From a virus (Duplodnaviria; Caudoviricetes): 58,092 nt of DNA. The stretch covers positions 1 to 58,092 of the IMG/VR virus record IMGVR_UViG_3300047585_000006; one strand, written 5' to 3'. The notes below the pieces were generated by a model that was not told where the DNA came from, searched no databases, and saw nothing but the letters and a program-made list of their open reading frames with translations. The position numbers were made by a program, and so were the translations under genes. Positions 55,771 through 58,092 of the stretch are shown in pieces (within the stretch, counting starts at the first letter, position 1; each line of letters opens with the position of its first letter).

Positions 55771-57855
55771 ATGAGAAAACTCTGGCTTGATTTTGAAACA
55801 CGGAGCTACGTCAATCTGAAGGACTGCGGACTTGACAGGTACGCCAAGGACGAAACTACGGAAGTCCTCATGCTGGCGTGGGCGTTCGATGAAGACGAGG
55901 TCAAGCTGTGGCTTCCCATCCTAGGCGAACCCATGCCGGAAGAACTCCAGGCCGGACTCGCGGACGAAGATGTCATGTTGATGGCGTGGAACTACAACTT
56001 CGAGAAAGCGATCTTCGCCTACAAGCTCAAAATGGCATTGGCCCAGAAGCGTTGGTTCGATCCGAGTGTCCTCTGTGCGTACATGGCGTTGCCAATCGGT
56101 TTGGATCGTGCCGCGGACGCGTGCAACATCGACATCGAGATGAAGAAGACGGTCATCACGGGCAAGAACAAGCCTGTGAAACTTTTCTCCGAGCCGTCGA
56201 AGAGAAAGAAAAATGAACTCAAGAAAAACCCGGACCTCACTCCGACGTTTTTCATAGATTGGAACACGGACCCGGAGAAGTGGGCCGAGTTTTGCGAGTA
56301 TTGTAAGCAGGACGTTCGTGCGGAGCGTGCTGTCTGGTATGCGGCTGTTGATTTTAACTGCCCGATGCCACAGAGTGAGATTCAGGCTTGGTTGCTCGAC
56401 CAGCGAATGAATGACGCGGGCGTTTGGATTGATCGTCCGTTCGTCGAGAACGCGAAGCACTACGCTGAAGTCGAAGCAGCAGGCATCATTGAAGAAATGA
56501 AGTCGGTCACTGGCTGCGAAAATCCGAACTCGCCCAAACAGTTGAAAGACTGGATGGCATCGCAGGGTGCGTCTATGCCTTCGATGGACAAAGCTCATGT
56601 CGCGGAGTGGCTGAAGGAACAGAAACGGTTCAACCTCAGTCCGGCGGTCGTGAAGCTCCTCGAATTGAAACAGAAACTCGGCGGCTCCGCGTATAAGAAA
56701 CTCGAATCCATTTTGTTGCGTGTTGGCCCCGACGGTCGGCTTAGAAACCAGTTCATGTATCACGGTGCTCACACCGGACGATGGAGCGGACGTGGTGTGC
56801 AGTTGCAGAACTTGTTCAAAGCGATCAAGACCGTCTCGACAGTTCTCGACCCGGTCACAGTGTCGATTCGCAACGGCAATCTGGACATCCACAAGATCGT
56901 CACGGAGTTCAACGTCAAGATTGATGAATGGAACTTCCTTAACCCGGACAAGGAGCCGAAGAAACATCTCAAGCTGTTCACGATGATGGAAGCTGTCGCG
57001 GGAACGATCAGAAGTTCCTTCGCAGCGACACCGGGAAACAAACTTTCCGTCGGTGACTTGGCACAGATCGAGTCTCGCGTACTCGCGGGACTCGCTGGTT
57101 GCCGGACGATGATTGATGCGTACGCCTCTGGGCTGGACTTGTACAAGGACATCATGTCCTTCCTGCTTGAGAAACCGTACGATCAAATCACGAGTGCGGA
57201 ACGTGCGAACGGCAAGGTCATCATCCTCGGCTGCGGCTTTTCAATGGGCTGGGAAAAGTTCATCGAGTACGCAGCGACGTTTGGCGTCACGCTGGACGAA
57301 GCGACTGCGAAAAGATACGTCAACGCATTCCGAGATAAGTACACTGAGATACCTTCGTTCTGGAAAGAATTGAACGCGGCCTGTGTCAAGGCAGTCAAAC
57401 TCAACATCTGCGTCTACGTTCGCGGCCTTGTGGTCGATGGACGCAATCCACAGATGCTCAAGATCAAGTTGCCCAGCGGTCGGTACTTGCACTATCTCCG
57501 TCCGGTTGCGACTGAGGAAGTCACGGATTGGGGAGCGACACGCGAGGGCGTGAGCTACGAAAGCTGGGATGAGATGGGCCTCAACATGAAGAGGCTCTAC
57601 GGCGGGTTGCTCTGTGAGAACGTCGTACAGGCCGTTGCGAGAGACATTCTGCTGAACGGGATGATGGAAGCTGAGAAGATGGGCTTCCTTATCATCATGA
57701 CGATCCACGATGAAGTTGTCGGTGAATCTCCACTTGACAGCAAGCTGGATCATAAGGCATTATTGAAGGCGTTGACCATGACGCCCGAGTGGGCCGAAGG
57801 CTTAGGCTTCGTCCTCGCGGCAGAAGGGTACGATTGCCCATACTACAAGAAGTAG
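55771..57855 (+). CDS. polA: family A DNA polymerase with 3'-5' exonuclease
   Basis: LDFET, TGRWSG, DLAQIESR (A), RANGKVIILGCGF (B), IHDE (C). Confidence 0.96.
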   Translation: MRKLWLDFETRSYVNLKDCGLDRYAKDETTEVLMLAWAFDEDEVKLWLPILGEPMPEELQAGLADEDVMLMAWNYNFEKAIFAYKLKMALAQKRWFDPSVLCAYMALPIGLDRAADACNIDIEMKKTVITGKNKPVKLFSEPSKRKKNELKKNPDLTPTFFIDWNTDPEKWAEFCEYCKQDVRAERAVWYAAVDFNCPMPQSEIQAWLLDQRMNDAGVWIDRPFVENAKHYAEVEAAGIIEEMKSVTGCENPNSPKQLKDWMASQGASMPSMDKAHVAEWLKEQKRFNLSPAVVKLLELKQKLGGSAYKKLESILLRVGPDGRLRNQFMYHGAHTGRWSGRGVQLQNLFKAIKTVSTVLDPVTVSIRNGNLDIHKIVTEFNVKIDEWNFLNPDKEPKKHLKLFTMMEAVAGTIRSSFAATPGNKLSVGDLAQIESRVLAGLAGCRTMIDAYASGLDLYKDIMSFLLEKPYDQITSAERANGKVIILGCGFSMGWEKFIEYAATFGVTLDEATAKRYVNAFRDKYTEIPSFWKELNAACVKAVKLNICVYVRGLVVDGRNPQMLKIKLPSGRYLHYLRPVATEEVTDWGATREGVSYESWDEMGLNMKRLYGGLLCENVVQAVARDILLNGMMEAEKMGFLIIMTIHDEVVGESPLDSKLDHKALLKALTMTPEWAEGLGFVLAAEGYDCPYYKK

Positions 57856-57863
57856 GAGGACAC

Positions 57864-58092
57864 ATGAAACAAGAAAATGGAGTTGGACCGAATTACGATT
57901 GGGCTGGCATCGTCGCACCTGAGCCGAAGCCCGAGGGTTTGAATCCCTCAATCCATTGCAGCTTGTATGACGACCAAGCTGTCTATTGGGTGCCTGATGC
58001 ATCGAAAGGGTTGTTGACCCGAGAAGTGTTCACTGACATCGACGCGGTGACGAGCACTGTGCGAGTGGATGCAGATTGTCACGAAGGCGAGA
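57864..58092 (+). CDS. 3'-truncated hypothetical protein
   Basis: AGGAGG RBS; frame open to the window end. Confidence 0.6.
   Translation, partial: MKQENGVGPNYDWAGIVAPEPKPEGLNPSIHCSLYDDQAVYWVPDASKGLLTREVFTDIDAVTSTVRVDADCHEGE

Noticed and set aside
55921-57186. 421-aa antisense ORF inside polA, and similar shadow ORFs such as 8980-9708, 22729-23457 and 27967-28695
   Set aside because: Opposite to well-supported genes, with no motifs; expected from codon bias.

Overview
The window is about 58 kb of a tailed dsDNA phage with a podovirus/P22-like layout. The minus strand carries terminase, portal, scaffold, major capsid protein (MCP), adaptor/tail proteins, probable ejection proteins, lysis and nucleotide-metabolism genes, and tRNA-Ala(UGC). 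The plus strand carries a replication module (SSB-like, primase-polymerase/helicase, PolA) at the right end and an endolysin plus a kinase-like gene at the left end. Mobile elements are abundant: 15 free-standing HNH/EndoVII/GIY-YIG endonuclease genes and 2 intron-encoded LAGLIDADG genes. The main finding is the MCP gene (35912-33053, minus strand), which yields a continuous 343-aa frame only after six insertions are removed. Four are recognisable group I introns (651 and 684 nt with LAGLIDADG ORFs; 198 and 201 nt without ORFs). Two are mini-introns of 60 and 34 nt that keep the group I splice-site features (5' exon U, P1 with U.G wobble, P10, terminal G) but have no catalytic core, which suggests excision by a neighbouring ribozyme. 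Other notable signals are a group I intron ending in A, a recurrent hairpin whose loop pairs with the RBS region in front of four endonuclease genes, a shared C-terminal peptide (Y-x-x-DGLT-x-[DE]-W) on four unrelated proteins including two glycosyltransferases, and a DUF3494 ice-binding-like protein. All calls come from reading the sequence by eye; no searches or folding programs were run.
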